From positions 19,592,001 through 19,656,000 of the forward strand of contig NC_088791.1 of NCBI RefSeq assembly GCF_011386835.1: a stretch of 64,000 nt of DNA. The letters are read 5' to 3'. A program made the position numbers and the translations under genes. Under the pieces are notes generated by a model. That model was not told the DNA's origin. It did not search any database and was given only the letters and a program-made list of their open reading frames with translations. Positions 10,026 to 22,736 of this stretch are shown one piece after another; position 1 is the first letter of the stretch; every line of letters starts with the position of its first letter. The stretch is from Chrysemys picta bellii (taxonomy: Eukaryota).

Positions 10026-12217
10026 CTGTGTTGGAGGAAAGTAAACATTTCAACAATTATCTCTTATAAATGTTCAGAACTATTCCCTAACCATCCCTAG
10101 TTCCCTGGCATGTTACAGGAAAACTTGGCATAAAAAAGCATATTAAGGGGAAAAAGCACCTGGTCCCTCTGTAGCTGTGAAAGGTTCCACAAACACATGG
10201 AAGCACTATGGATCTGCTGCTCAGAAAGCCTGGGAGGAAGAGAGTTTATTCCACAATCCTGTGTGCTGTGGAGCTCTGTGTGCAGTGGAACCTCTGTTAG
10301 TGGGGTTTGTGAGCAGGCTATGGGAGATGCAAACTGTGCAGAATCAACAGACCTACCATGGATGATACTAGCCACCATGGACCAGGTGCACCATGGTCCC
10401 TACTCCATGCCATTCCTCCAGGTTGGGAAGATGAAATCTAACCCTTTAGCCTCCACCCCGGTGCACCCTAGTACAATGCCCTCAGGCAGAGGGAAGCATG
10501 CTGCTAGAAGAGAGGAAGGTATGAGAAAAGAACTAGATATGAAGCCTAAAATTACAAAGTACAATAAGCAGGCTTGCAAAAACTCACATTTGTGCAAGTG
10601 ATTCAAATAGGTGTACAGTTTGTGTGTATGTGTATGTGCGCGCGCAGGCACATGTACATGTGCCCATGCAGCTGTTAGAGAAAGTGCATCACACCCATTG
10701 TGTCATCCACTAAAACTGGATTCTAAAGAATAAAATACTTAACCAGCTAAGCAAACAAAGCAAATCAAACAATATAAAGCTCCTAATGTGACCAGATAGT
10801 TAGCATGCAGTTTGAAAACATATAGTCCTTGGCTTCCTTGTTTGACTCATGTTCTAAGTTGCCTATAATTTTCATTCTTCAAAAAAATGCAATGGAAGAC
10901 ATTATTTTTGTTCTCCAGCTTCAGGCAGAGCTGTCTAGCCAGCAGGGTAAAGGTTATTCCCTTAAAAATGATGTGATGATATGATCTTACTGGCTAAGAG
11001 GATGTCTGTGTTTCTACTAATCCCCTTGAGCACCTGGGGGTACTATATATATGAAGCAATGTGATGTAGGTAACTACAGAAGGAGAAAAAACTCACTTTA
11101 AAAATTTCAGTGTTGTGTAGGAAGGGTTCGTCAACTCTTTGCCTCTGTGGACATTTCTTTAGGTGTGAAAAATGATATACTGAGCACCATAGTTGGTTGT
11201 GAAAAAGCAAACTGCCAATGTAGTGGTCTCCAGAAAGGTAACTGCTTTGAGATTCTTGGATTGTATGTGTTATGGAGGTCCAAACTAATAGTAATGCATT
11301 ATTAATTATTATTAATTATTATTCGTAATAATAATAATAAATTATTATTCAGAAAGCTTCACAATTACTGTTATGTAGTTTGGATTCAGTGACCTGCTTT
11401 GTCTAATCATTTCTATGATGTATTAATATAGGAGAGCCAAAGAGAAGCCCAGCAAATGTTGAGAAGGTTGGAATGGGTACAGTTTGAACCCTAGCCTCCT
11501 GCTGAAATGTTGGCATAGTCAAGTGAGCATAGAGGAGATATAGACATGCTTGAGAGCAGCTGGGAAGGCAATTGGAATTTTGGAAAAGTTAAGGAAGCAG
11601 CTAGGGGAAGATAACTTCAGGAGGTAGCTTTGGAATTAGATCCAAAGTGCAGTTGGAAGAGTTTCCAAAGTTCTATCCACTCTGGTAAAAAAACCTTTAA
11701 CAACAGTGATAATATAGAATAATACCTACCACTGTTTCTTTATTTTTATGGACCCAATTTTCCCTTAAAACTCCCATTGCTTTCAATAACAGTTCAGCAC
11801 ACAAAATGATGGCAAGACTGGGTAACATTTAGCTATTTGGTTGTTCTGCTGATGGAACATGAGCAGGTCTGTGCCTGTCCATCCACAATATGACTTTATT
11901 GCATAATGATTACTATCACTATTGACAAACACTGATTTTTCTTTTGCATACTAATTGTTATGCATCTCAGATTTACTTAAACTCTACTGATTGTGTACAA
12001 GTCTGTGCTATGGTTCTTAATGAAAAAACATTATGCTTTCCTAGCCTTCAGTCCACTAACAGGCTTCTGGTCCCTCTTCCTGACTCTCCATCTTACCTAC
12101 TTTTGAAGAGCCTCGCAAGATCCAACAAGTCTGATAATGTTCCTGTTGGGTTGCCTGAATGCTGATCCAGTCAGATACTCTATAGGGACTCTGTATTTAG
12201 AGGAACACAATGAAGTA

Positions 12218-12363
12218 TAGGTGGAATTCACCCCTCTGGAGAGGGCAAGTACGAGGCCACTTCACCATCTTAGTACCAATGAAGCCTTATTGGATGGTTT
12301 AAGTGGGGTTTAGGTGTGAACATGCTTTGTGCTTGCCCTCTTCACAGGGGTGGATTTCACCCT
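12218..12363. repeat. Old palindromic MITE-like repeat
   Basis: Ends ggtggaattcacccctctggagagggcaagtac and gtgcttgccctcttcacaggggtggatttcacc are imperfect inverted copies. A related half copy lies near 43580. Confidence 0.55.
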
Positions 12364-12859
12364 CTCAGGAACGTATCTGGCTGGAAAAACCTAGAATGTG
12401 GTGAATGCACAAGCAATGAGTGTTAGGAATCTGCAATATCTTGAAAGGTACTGGTGCCTTCAAGAGGGGGTGTCTCCGAAATGGAAACAAAGAGACAAAG
12501 TTCATCTCCTGATCTGAGCTCTTCCAAGGCTCAAGATGGTTCAAAGCCAGGATGTCTGTTCAGCCCCATCTTGAGCTAGAAATGTCTGCAGTGAGGATTG
12601 CAGAAGGAGGGATTTGGGAGGGCACTTTGTTTCATTTAGGACAAGCTATTTGGCAGGAGGGAAGAGACTGTGAAGGTTTCCTGTTGAGAAGCCAGAACAA
12701 TCTTTTGAGGATTCATGGAATGAGGACAGCCTGGGGTAATAGAAGACATGAGATATCTTGTTAAAGTGGGCTGAGAGACAGGGAAAGAGGCAAGGCTCCA
12801 TTTGCTAATTAAAACAAAGGCTGGTCTTATTTAGATAAAGGGCTGGAATTCAGGTGGAT

Positions 12860-14326
12860 TGTTATCTTCAAGAACTCAAGGAGGACAGGTGAGGTTTCAG
12901 AGGCCTGGAGAAAGGCAAACATAGTATCTAGCTTTAAAAACAAAAAGGACACAGGGAATTATCAACCCAACTCTGATGCCTTGAAAGATTCTGGAACAAA
13001 TGATTAAATAATCAGTTTGCAAGAACTTACAGGATAATAGAGTTAGAAGTAATAGCCAACATGGATTTGTCAAGAACAAATCATGCCAAACCCAACCTGT
13101 TTTCCTCCTATGACAGGGTTGCTGGCTTAGTAGATAGAGAGTAAGCTATAAACGTGATATATCTTGTTGTGGGGTTTTTTTTTTTTTTTTTTTTTAGTAT
13201 GGCTTTTGACACAGTCCCACATAATATTCTCATAAGCAAAGTAATGAAATGTGGTCTAGATAAAATTACTAAAATGTTGGTAGAAAAACTGCTTAAAAGA
13301 CCATACTCAAAGGTTAGTTATCAGTGGTTCACTGTCAAATTGTGAGTGCATATCTGGAATTCCAGAGGGGTCTGTCCTGGATCTGATACTATGTCTTTAA
13401 TGACATGGATAATGGAGTGGAGAGTAGGCTTATAAAATTTGCGAATGATGACACCAAGCTGGAAGGGGTTGCAAGCACTTTGGAGGGCAAAATTGGAATT
13501 CAAAACAACTTTGACAAATTGGATAATTGGTCTAAAATTAACAAGATGAAATTCAATAATGACAAGTGCAAAGTTCTACACTTAGCAAGAAAAAGTTAAA
13601 TGTACAACTACCAAATGGAAACTAACCGTCTAGGCAGTAGTACTGATTAAAAGAATCTGGGGGTTATAGTGGATCACAAACTGAATGAGTCTGAAGTGTG
13701 AAGTTGTGGCAAAAAAACGCAAATATCATTCTGGGATGTATTAACCAAAGTGTCATATTTGAGACACAGTAGGTAACTGTCCTGTGCTAGTAGGCATTGG
13801 TGAGTCCTCAACTAGAGTACTGTGTCCAGTTCTGAGCGCCACACTTTAAGAAAGACGAGGACAAATTGAGAGAATCCACAGGAGAGCAACAAAAATGATA
13901 AAGGTTTAGAAAACTGTCCTATGAGGAAAGGATTAAAAAAACTGGGCATGTTTAGTCTTCAGAAAAGAAGATGAGGGGGACCTGATAACAGTCTTCAAAT
14001 ATGGTAAGGGCTGTTATAAAGGGAACGGTGATCAATTTTTCTTGATATCTACTGAAGGTACCATAAGAAGTAATCAGCTTAAATTGCAGCAAGGGAGATT
14101 TAGGTTAGATAATACAAAAAAAAATTCTAACTTTTAAGGATAATTAAGCACTGGAATAAGCTTCTAATGAAAGTTGTGGAGTCCCTGTCACCAGAGATTT
14201 TTAAGATCCAGTTAGACAGCCATCTATCAGGGATGGTCTAGATATACTTGATCCTGCCTCAGTGCAGGGAGCTGGACTAGATGACCTCTCAAGGTCCCTT
14301 CCAGCCCTATATTTCTATGATTCTAT
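12860..14326 (+). mobile_element. CR1 LINE, 5'-truncated, decayed RT region plus 3' tail
   Basis: Broken RT peptides (MAFDTVPHNILISK; IKFANDDTKLEGVA...KMKFNNDKCKVLHL). Ends in ttctatgattctat. Confidence 0.92.
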
Positions 14327-14335
14327 ATTGCATGC

Positions 14336-15387
14336 TGTGATGCTGTATGATTGAAACACGACCATTTATATCATTAATATTGCCACTGTTCAACAATTGC
14401 AACAAATCTGCTACAAAGTATGTCATGTAAGGTATCAATGGACAAGTTACAATCTATCAAATATGATTATCCCATTTTAATCCATGTAACATCACTGTAT
14501 CTGAAGTTATGCATATTGACTATATACCTGTATTTCAAAAGTGTTTGCTCTTGGTATAACACCCACAAGGAAGTTTACATCCAATCTAGCCAGCACATTG
14601 TGAATGGACCATTCAAGTTGATGGCCCATTAAAGAACACTTAACTCTCTCATAGAAGAAGCTGATCTCCACCCAGTGAGCTTTCCTGTGGATACTTTAGC
14701 CAGAATATTATGACTGGTCCTAAGAGTCATCAAGCCATGTAAGGCATGCTCATGTGAACCTGGATTCCATTTTGTGCCTGTAATTTTCCACAAACCAAGA
14801 CTGAGAGCACCCCCTCCACGTGGGAGAAGGTATAAAGGACGTGGAAGCATCTCTATTTTGCCTCTTTCCTGCTCTGATCTCTGGACTATGGATTTACACT
14901 AAAAGGAGCATATTGACTACGGACAGAGGACCAGAGACTGTACACGCCAACCTGATCCAAGAACTTTGCAATGATTGTGTGTATATGATTTCTTTGACCA
15001 TTTTAACTCTCCCCTCTTTCTTTTATCTTATAAATAAACCTTTAGATATTAGGTACTAAAGGATTGGCAATAGCATGATTATTGGGTAAGATCTGAGTTA
15101 TTGACCTGGCTATGTGGCTGATCTGTATGTGATGAAACTGGTTTTCAGAAACCACTCATCATAGAGTCCAGTGTCTGGGTGGTGAGACACAGTCTGGAAT
15201 GCCTAAGGAGACTGCATTTTTGACTTCTTTTTAACCAGTGTGGTGAGATAGAAGTTTACTTTTGTTACTGGTTTGGCATAAGCTCATGATAGAATAACCA
15301 CCAGTTTGGGGGTGAGTCCGCCCTATTTCTCAGCAGTTTGTACTGAATCTGGTATTCGCAGCTGTGACTCACTGGGGCATGGTGACA
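14336..15387 (+). mobile_element. Solo LTR (Gypsy/ERV-like), 1052 bp, antisense to SEMA3A
   Basis: TGTGA...TGACA ends, 5-bp TSD CATGC/CATGT (one mismatch), TATAAA at 14831-14836 and AATAAA at 15033-15038. Confidence 0.8.
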
Positions 15388-15414
15388 CATGTATCTGAGT
15401 TCATGCTACCGTAC

Positions 15415-15557
15415 CTCTTCTTTTCGGTCCTCATTTTGCTTCTGGAATTGCCAGTAAACTAGAGCACGCTGAGATTTTGGACTGCACTCCAAGAAAGTGC
15501 TGCTGTTCTCTACTCCGTAGATAATCTTTTCTTCCAGACTCTGCCCACTTGGGTTAT
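15415..15557 (-). CDS. SEMA3A: Semaphorin-3A coding exon 16 (start of Ig-like domain)
   Basis: 143 nt, tag|AT...GAG|gtacgg. (D)NPSGQSLEEKIIYGVENSSTFLECSPKSQRALVYWQFQKQNEDRKEE. Confidence 0.97.
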
Positions 15558-17459
15558 CTATAAGGCAAAAAAAGAAGAAATAAAAGCCAATGCAAAAGAA
15601 AATGGTCAGCAAAGAAAATCCTAATTGACATATTTATTTGCTCTTTCGGTAAATAGTTTCACTGCTCCATCTTGGAAAAATATTCCAGATTAGTAGATTG
15701 GTATAGGCGGCAACAATTAACCTGATTCCCCACAACTGAGCACCTTTCACAGATATTTACACTTGTGTCTGGAATAAGAAAGCTTGTTGTGTTTGTATTA
15801 AGAGCTATAGCACTGAATTGCAACATAATCTATGGTATATAAGGATGCCAACATTTTGTGCCCACTTTGCATGGGTGTAAATGACTATACAAGTTCCCTA
15901 GACAGTGGAGAATCAGACGCAAAGACTGAATTAGAACTGGTTGTAAAACTTACAGCAAACAGCACTTGCACTCTGAAAATCAAGTCCCCTTATGGTGTCT
16001 CGAGTAGGCACCCTAAATCAATATCAGTTTGGAAAATCTCCAAGTTCCTATCTACACAAATATCACTACATTTTTTTTTAGTCGAGCCAAATGTAAAAAC
16101 CTCAACATTTGAAGTTAAGAAAGTTCACTGTGAATATTTTGCACAACCCTAGTTTTTAGACATCAAGAAAAAACATCTAGGTCACGACAAGCATTTTTTA
16201 TGACAAAACCTATGCAATGAGAACATTTGGGGTGTAGTTTTAGAATGTCTATAATGATGCCTCTTGGGCTTTATGATCACAATTCTTTGGCGCAAAGTAA
16301 TAAAACATGAGGCTTTTTACAAGTACTAATAATGTGTTTAGATTATATAGAATTGCAGTTTGTTGCAGCTGTTAATGACCAGGAATAATGTTTTTGAGGA
16401 AACAATCTTCAGTTAATCATTTCCTCTGGTGGTATAATTTATGGAAATGTAATGAGACGAATAAAACAGATATTATGTGGGGTGGGGGAAGAAAAAGAAA
16501 AGTTAAATAAATTACTTCCTTTTGTAACAACAATACTCCATGATATCCACCAACTTGCTGGAAATATCACATTGCTATAGGACTTATATAGCATTTGATT
16601 CTCCTCCAATACCACAGAGGCAGTAAGGCATCATATTTCAATGCTCCACTGTAGCTCTTTAAAATATTATGGATTTAAGCGGCAATAGTACAATCATAAT
16701 GGAGAATATATGGGGAGAAAGGGATTGATAAGCTATTTAACACTGTTGATCTCATGGGGTTTCCTGGCTTTTTTGCCATTATTTGTGGTGGTTTCCATAT
16801 TACCCTTTTGATCTTTAGTATAGGAAATCTTTAAAGAATCTGATTTTTTTTAACCCGGGAAGAATGTATAATTAAAAACCTCTGCAGAGCAATCCTGTGT
16901 CAAGAGTTGTTTGATTTCACAATGTCTTTATCATATTGGCTGTTTTATTTAGCAAACACAGTCTGTTTGATGAACTGCTGAACCAAAGGGAAGAAAGAAA
17001 ACCATGGTCATGGCTTATGTTGATACAGTAATCATATGTTTTTCCTTAATGACATTCAGCCCTCAAAATCTAAGTGGGGCAGGAGAGGAATTGGTGCCTA
17101 CTTAACTTTTAGTAACGAAACATCAAATGGTCAATACACACTAAATAGCTAGAAAGTGTATTGCTTTGCTTTTCTCCGCTGGATTGTGAACCTTTAGAGC
17201 AAGCAAGTGGGTGCTATGTAAATACGCGAGTGAGTGAAACAACTTTTTGGCTTCATCTGGAAACTGCAGCATTATGGAGACTGTCAGATGAGCATTGGGC
17301 TGGAGTGGTGGGAGAAAGCAAAGAAAGGGAAAGAGTGGGAAAATCAAAGGCAGCCAAAAATACTGTTGTAGAGCATTGGGTTGAACCTGGGAGAAGTAGG
17401 GAAATGATGGAAATGTCAAGAAAGGGGAGGAATGGGTAGTGTATGAAGTGACCCTCTGT

Positions 17460-17691
17460 GTATAAGCGGAAATAATGGGATGAAACTTAGCAGAGGAAAA
17501 CTTAGGCTGAATATTAGGAAAAAAGACTAATGGTGAGATCTGTTCTAGACTGTGGTAAACCTTCAGTGAAGGAAGCCCAATCACTGAGCTCATTTAAATT
17601 AGGACATAGCCCAAGAAAATGTATTGTGGACAGTAATCGTGCATTAGCTGGTGCTGATCAAATAGGCCATTGAAATCTAACTTCTATGATT
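17460..17691 (+). mobile_element. Old CR1 3' fragment
   Basis: aataatgggatgaaacttagcagaggaaaacttaggctgaatattagg...aacttctatgattc. Confidence 0.7.
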
Positions 17692-18508
17692 CAGGGGTGC
17701 TGAAGGCAGGAAGGGTTGTAAGAGTCAGGTAGTATTGGGATAGACTGAATACAAGAAGGTGGGTGAAATGATGGAGTAGTCAAGAAAGCAGGATGCATGC
17801 CTAGAAGTGATGGAAAAGCCTGGAAAGAAGCTGGGAAGGAAAATTAAAGGCTGGAAAGTTCACAGGAGCAGTTAGAAGAATCAGAAGGCTATGGAAGTCA
17901 TGAAGCTGGCCATGAAATTCAAACCGAAATCCTGTCAGAATGTCGCAATTCCCAAGGTGAATCTAATGACAGGATTAATTTACTATCCTGATAAATTGCC
18001 TTTAAATACATTACCTCTGACATAACAGAAGTGCTTAGAATGGGAAACTACTTACACAAAGGAGATTTTTCTGTATACTGATGCTTCTCTACATAAGGCC
18101 ATATTCCATGAGGTGCTGTGAGCCCCTGCAACTAGTATGAGGAAAATGCAGATCTTTGTCCCCATTCAATGGCAAATAATTAAAAAAAAAAGAGATTAAT
18201 GAATCCACTACATATACCATTGGGGGACTTGTCTTTTAGCTCAAGCAGAAAGGTTCATGCATTTAGGACTGTGAATCTGGATTCACACCTTAATATCTGA
18301 CCAAGAGTGACTGGTTACATTGAGCATTAACAACTCCTTTTAATGAAAATGGTTTTTGTGGGTGTTTGGCACTTTTCAATATTTGGCTTAGAGTGCTCAT
18401 GTTCTACTGTGGCTCTGAAATCAATTTCTCTATACACCCAAGTGATATGGTTGGTGCATAAGCTATTTGTATCCTGCTCTATGCACATTCAAATGGCTCA
18501 AACACTCA

Positions 18509-18799
18509 GGGCTTGTCTACATTACCCACTAGATCGACGAGCAGTGATCGATCCAGCGGGGGTCAATTTATTGTGTCTAGTCTAGACACAATAAATCGAC
18601 CGCGGAGCACTCTCCCGTCGACTCCAGTACTCCACTGGGGTGAGAGGTGCAGGTGCAGTCGACGGGAGTGTCAGCTTTCAACTTACCACAGTGAAGACAC
18701 CGCAGTGAGTAGATCTAAATATGTTGACTTCAGCTACGTTATTCACATAGCTGAAGTTACGTAATTTATATTGATTCCCCCCTCAGTGTAGACCAGGCC
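18509..18799. mobile_element. Non-autonomous PIF/Harbinger-type element, 291 bp
   Basis: TIRs GGGCTTGTCTACA / TGTAGACCAGGCC and 3-bp TSD TCA (18506-18508, 18800-18802). Internal perfect 15-bp palindrome at 18566-18596. Confidence 0.85.
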
Positions 18800-19631
18800 T
18801 CAGAGGCCTCTTGGTGAAAGTTGCCCTGTACTGTCTTTGAAAAACGGTAAAAGCCTGTCCTTTTTAACACACAAAAAAGATATTATCTCTTCATGCAGTT
18901 CCCTGGCACAAGGAGGGAGAATGAACCAGTAGTGAATGAACAGGAATTCCTAGAGGTGCGAGTGGGTGGAAGGACCACCAGAGCATGCAGTTGCCCTGCA
19001 GAGGAACCCCATTCTGCATCTGATACACAACAGACTGCCATGTGCAACATGGAAAACAGCTTAGGAGGATTTTTCATAGGATCAAGTAGCTCAGTTGTAT
19101 GCTATGTGACACACGTTTCCAGCTGAAATAGTGAGTGCATCTGGTAACATTCCATAGTTTAAATTCAATGAAATTTTTCTAATGTGACAACCTAAACGGA
19201 GTCAGAATTCAGGTGGGAGAAATTTCACTTTAGATCAAACAACTGAAGCTATCCAGTATGTGCATTATTTTGAACTCAGTGTCTTTAAGCTCTAGTGCCT
19301 TGTGGAACTAAAGCTGGAGGACATTGTCAAGACATTGTAACTGTGTTTCTAATCACTTCCCACTTTGTTTTCTCATTGAATTTGACTTCATGAAGGGTAT
19401 CTTGCCATCAGCTTTATGCGTCTCCTGTTGATGTATTTGAAAACGTGTTTATTAATATGACTTTGGATGATTAGAGTAGGTTTTTCCAAATGAAAAATAC
19501 AGTACCACATGATTGGTTTCTAGTAGGTTGCTAGAATGGACAGTTAGATGGTATTTGATAATGCCTTAGTTCACCATCTGGTAAAATGCATATCATAAAA
19601 AGTTGCAGACTGTTATTGTCCATATAGTCTT

Positions 19632-20767
19632 GTGGATTGGGGAAAGTGTTGATGTGGTATATCTTGACTTGAGCAAGACTTTCGATACTGTCTCACATGA
19701 GTGTCTCATAAACAAACTAGGGAAATACAAGCTAGATGGAGCTATACGGTGGGTGCATAACTGGTTGGAAAACTGTTCCAAGAGAGTAATTATCAGTGGT
19801 TCACAGTCAAGCTGGAAGGGCATATCGAGTGGAGTCCCACAGGGATTAGTTCTGGTTCTGTTCAATATCTTCATCAATGATTTAGATACTGGCATAGAGG
19901 GTACACTTATAAAGTCTGTGGATGATATCAAGCTGGGAGGGGTTGCAAGCAGGCCTTAAATTCAGGTGGAGCTTTCCAGAGTGGAGCTCTAGTAAATATT
20001 TTCAACCCCCTGGAGCTTTTATGGCATGTTAGATGTGGTTTTGGAGGGGGCTCCGGAAAGTACTCTATTTAAGCCTGGGTTGCAAGAGCTTTGGAGGAAA
20101 GGATAAACATTCAAAAAGATCTGGAGAAACTGGAGACATGGTCTGAAGTAAATAGGATGAAATTCAATAAGGACAAATGCAAAGTACTACACATAGGAAG
20201 GAATAATCAATCACAGGCATACAAAATGGGAAATGACTGCCTAGAAAGGAGTATTGCAGAAAGGGAGCAGGGGGTCATAGTGGATCACAAGCTAAATATG
20301 AGTCAACAGTGTAACACTCTTGCAAAAAAAAAGTAAACATAATTCTGGGATGTATTAGCAGGAGTGTTGTAAGGAAGACACAAGTAATTCTTCTGCTTTA
20401 CTCCATGCTGATATGGTCTCAACTGGAGTATTGTGTCCAGTCTGGGCACCACATTTCAGGAAAGATGTGGACAAATTGGAGAAAGTCCAGAAGAGAGCAA
20501 CAACAATGATTCTAGAAAACATGACCTATGAGAAAAGATTGAAAAAACTCAGTTTGTTCAGTCTGTAGAAGAGAAGACTGAGGTGGGACCTGATAACAGG
20601 TTTTAAATACATAAAAGGTTGTTACAAGGAGGATGGAGAAAAATTGTTCTCATCTGAAGATAGGAGAAGAAGCAATGGGCTTAAACTGCAGCAAGGGAGA
20701 TTTAGGTTGGACATTAGGAAAAACTTCCTAACTGTCAGGGTAGTTAAGCACTGGAATAAATTGCCTT
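19632..20767 (+). mobile_element. CR1 LINE RT fragment interrupted by a MITE; 3' tail missing
   Basis: ORFs 19603..19959 (YLDLSKTFDTVSH...SGVPQG...SVDDIKL) and 20091..20336 continue each other across the insert. Confidence 0.92.
19950..20077. mobile_element. 128-bp MITE nested in CR1
   Basis: Ends CAGGCCTTAAAT / ATTTAAGCCTG. Flanking direct repeat GGTTGCAAG (19941-19949, 20078-20086); removing it restores the CR1 sequence. Confidence 0.8.
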
Positions 20768-21164
20768 ACAAATGTGGTCTTGTAGGCACTAAAGTTTTCC
20801 ATTGTTTCATTTGGAGTGCAGTTACGTTAAAAAAAATTCTACATTTATAAGTTGCACTTTCGTGATAAAGAGATTTAACTACAATACTTGTATGAGGTGA
20901 ATTGAAAAATACTGTTTCTTTTGTTCATCTTTTTTACAGTGCAAATATTTGTAATAAAAATAATATAAAGTGAGCATTGTACACTTTGTATTCTGTGTTA
21001 TAATTGAAATCAATATATTTGAAAATGTAGAAAACATCCAAAAATATTTAAATAAATGGTATCCTATTCTTATTTAACAGTGAGATTAAAACTGTGATTA
21101 ATCAAGATTTTTTTAAATCTTACGATTAAGCGCGATTAATTTTTTTAATTGTTTGACAGCCCTA
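20768..21164. mobile_element. One end of an AT-rich hAT-type DNA transposon
   Basis: Ends ...cgcgattaatttttttaattgtttgacagcccta, the TAGGGCTGTCAA-type terminus with ATCGCGAT-like subterminal motifs. The other end is absent. Confidence 0.65.
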
Positions 21165-21685
21165 GAAATAAGCAGTGTTACTGCAATGTAATACAGCAAT
21201 GTGAGCATAGATTAGTTGCTGTTATTATAAGGAGTTGAAGACACATGGGATCCCAAATATCTCCCTGTTCAGCCATCTCCACTTTGTATATCTCTGAAAT
21301 CTATTAATTGGTTAAACGAACACCAGCATCACTTATGTCACAAACCAACAGTGGTCAATTTTCTCCAGCAGAGGGAAGTATCGTCTAAGTGTTCTTTTTC
21401 ATGTACAGCAAAAAGTAAAGTTCTCATTCTCTGAATGAAAATGCTGTGAAGTGTGTGGCAGAAAATTGGGTACCTGTGGGAAGACAGGTTTGTCTTCTAA
21501 CATACAACAACTTACTAAAACAAAAATCTGACCCTGGCAGAGGGAGGAGATTGGGGTAGACATATCTACGGGATGGGGTTAGGGACTGGAGTTAGGTGGG
21601 TCAAAGGGAATGGGGGATGAACCACAAAATTGAACTGGTGGGTGAGGTTGGTGCTTTTCTGTCCCACTGCCCCTTCACTATGTGC

Positions 21686-21704
21686 TAGCGCCCCCTGGTG
21701 GCCA
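21686..21704 (-). promoter_or_regulatory. CTCF binding motif, perfect consensus, in SEMA3A intron 15
   Basis: Minus strand reads TGGCCACCAGGGGGCGCTA, the 19-bp canonical CTCF core consensus. Occupancy is not shown by sequence. Confidence 0.8.
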
Positions 21705-21774
21705 GGCTGGGCCCTTTGCTCCTAGGACTCCAGCCTAGCCCCACCCCACACTGTTATGAAGCGATGGCAGCATA

Positions 21775-22135
21775 TTCAGGCTGCCAGGTGGGGACTACAG
21801 TGGCTGCAGTGAAAAAGGCCTGGCAGTGGTAACACTGTTCCCCAGGTCATTACAGCTCCCTCCCCAGAACCAGCACTCCCAGAGCCAGCTCCTTGGCATC
21901 CTCCCTCCCCCCACAGTACCCCCAGAGCCAGAGCTCCTCGGTTTCCCCTGTCCCCCACAGGCAGCATGCAGAGAGCCCTGGACAGGCAGAATCACCCCCA
22001 TGGCCTGGCAGCATTATCAGCGTGAGTTCTTGCACTGCTCCCAGTGGCCGCGATTCACCATTCCCGGCCAATGGGAGCTGCAGGAAGTGGCAGCCAGCAT
22101 GTCCCAGTTGGGGGACAAAATTATACCAAACGTGT
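21775..22135. mobile_element. GC-rich internal fragment of a turtle-type DNA transposon
   Basis: Contains cccggccaatgggagctgcaggaag, shared with the element at 28670..29225. Boundaries approximate. Confidence 0.5.
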
Positions 22136-22736
22136 TAGGATGGGGAGGGGGGAGGGATTTGCCTGTCTCTGTCTCCCCCTTGTGGCACCTCTACAACCAG
22201 GAACAAAATAGAGGGATAAAAAAGTATAGAAATCTTATCCCATTTAAAATTAGACCAGTCTGTTTATATTACAGGAAACAATCCTTGTCCAAAGAATGAA
22301 CTAGATGATGTAACAGTGCTTTTCCACTACAAGCATATACAATTCTGTGCCAATATGGTTTGTTACATCACTATATATAGCAGTGAGTTATGGTGTCACC
22401 TCTATGTAAAGCAACATGTACATTGATGATAGCAACGATGATGACCAATATGATAATTCCCCATTCAATATGTAAAGCTTATACCTATGTTACAATGTCA
22501 GGTGCATCAGAAAGTTTAAAAAAGTTTGAATGTGTTATTAGCTAGCAAATAAGAGTATACTGAATCCTTGATCTGATTATTACTAGCAATCAAAATTAGG
22601 TTAACGACCAAAGGCAAGTTAACTTTTCATGAGTAGGCAATATAGTTTCACTCCTGTTTCATACTTTTTCTTCCCACGGCAATCATGCACATGACATGCC
22701 TGCTGGTTGTACTTAAACAAAATATCTATTTCTTAC

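Noticed and set aside
11297-11350. ATT/AAT triplet tract with partial self-complementarity
   Set aside because: Ordinary low-complexity microsatellite.
11400-12830. Purine-rich tracts (also 17200-17940) resembling decayed L2 LINE on the minus strand
   Set aside because: Too degenerate to give boundaries or a peptide motif by eye.
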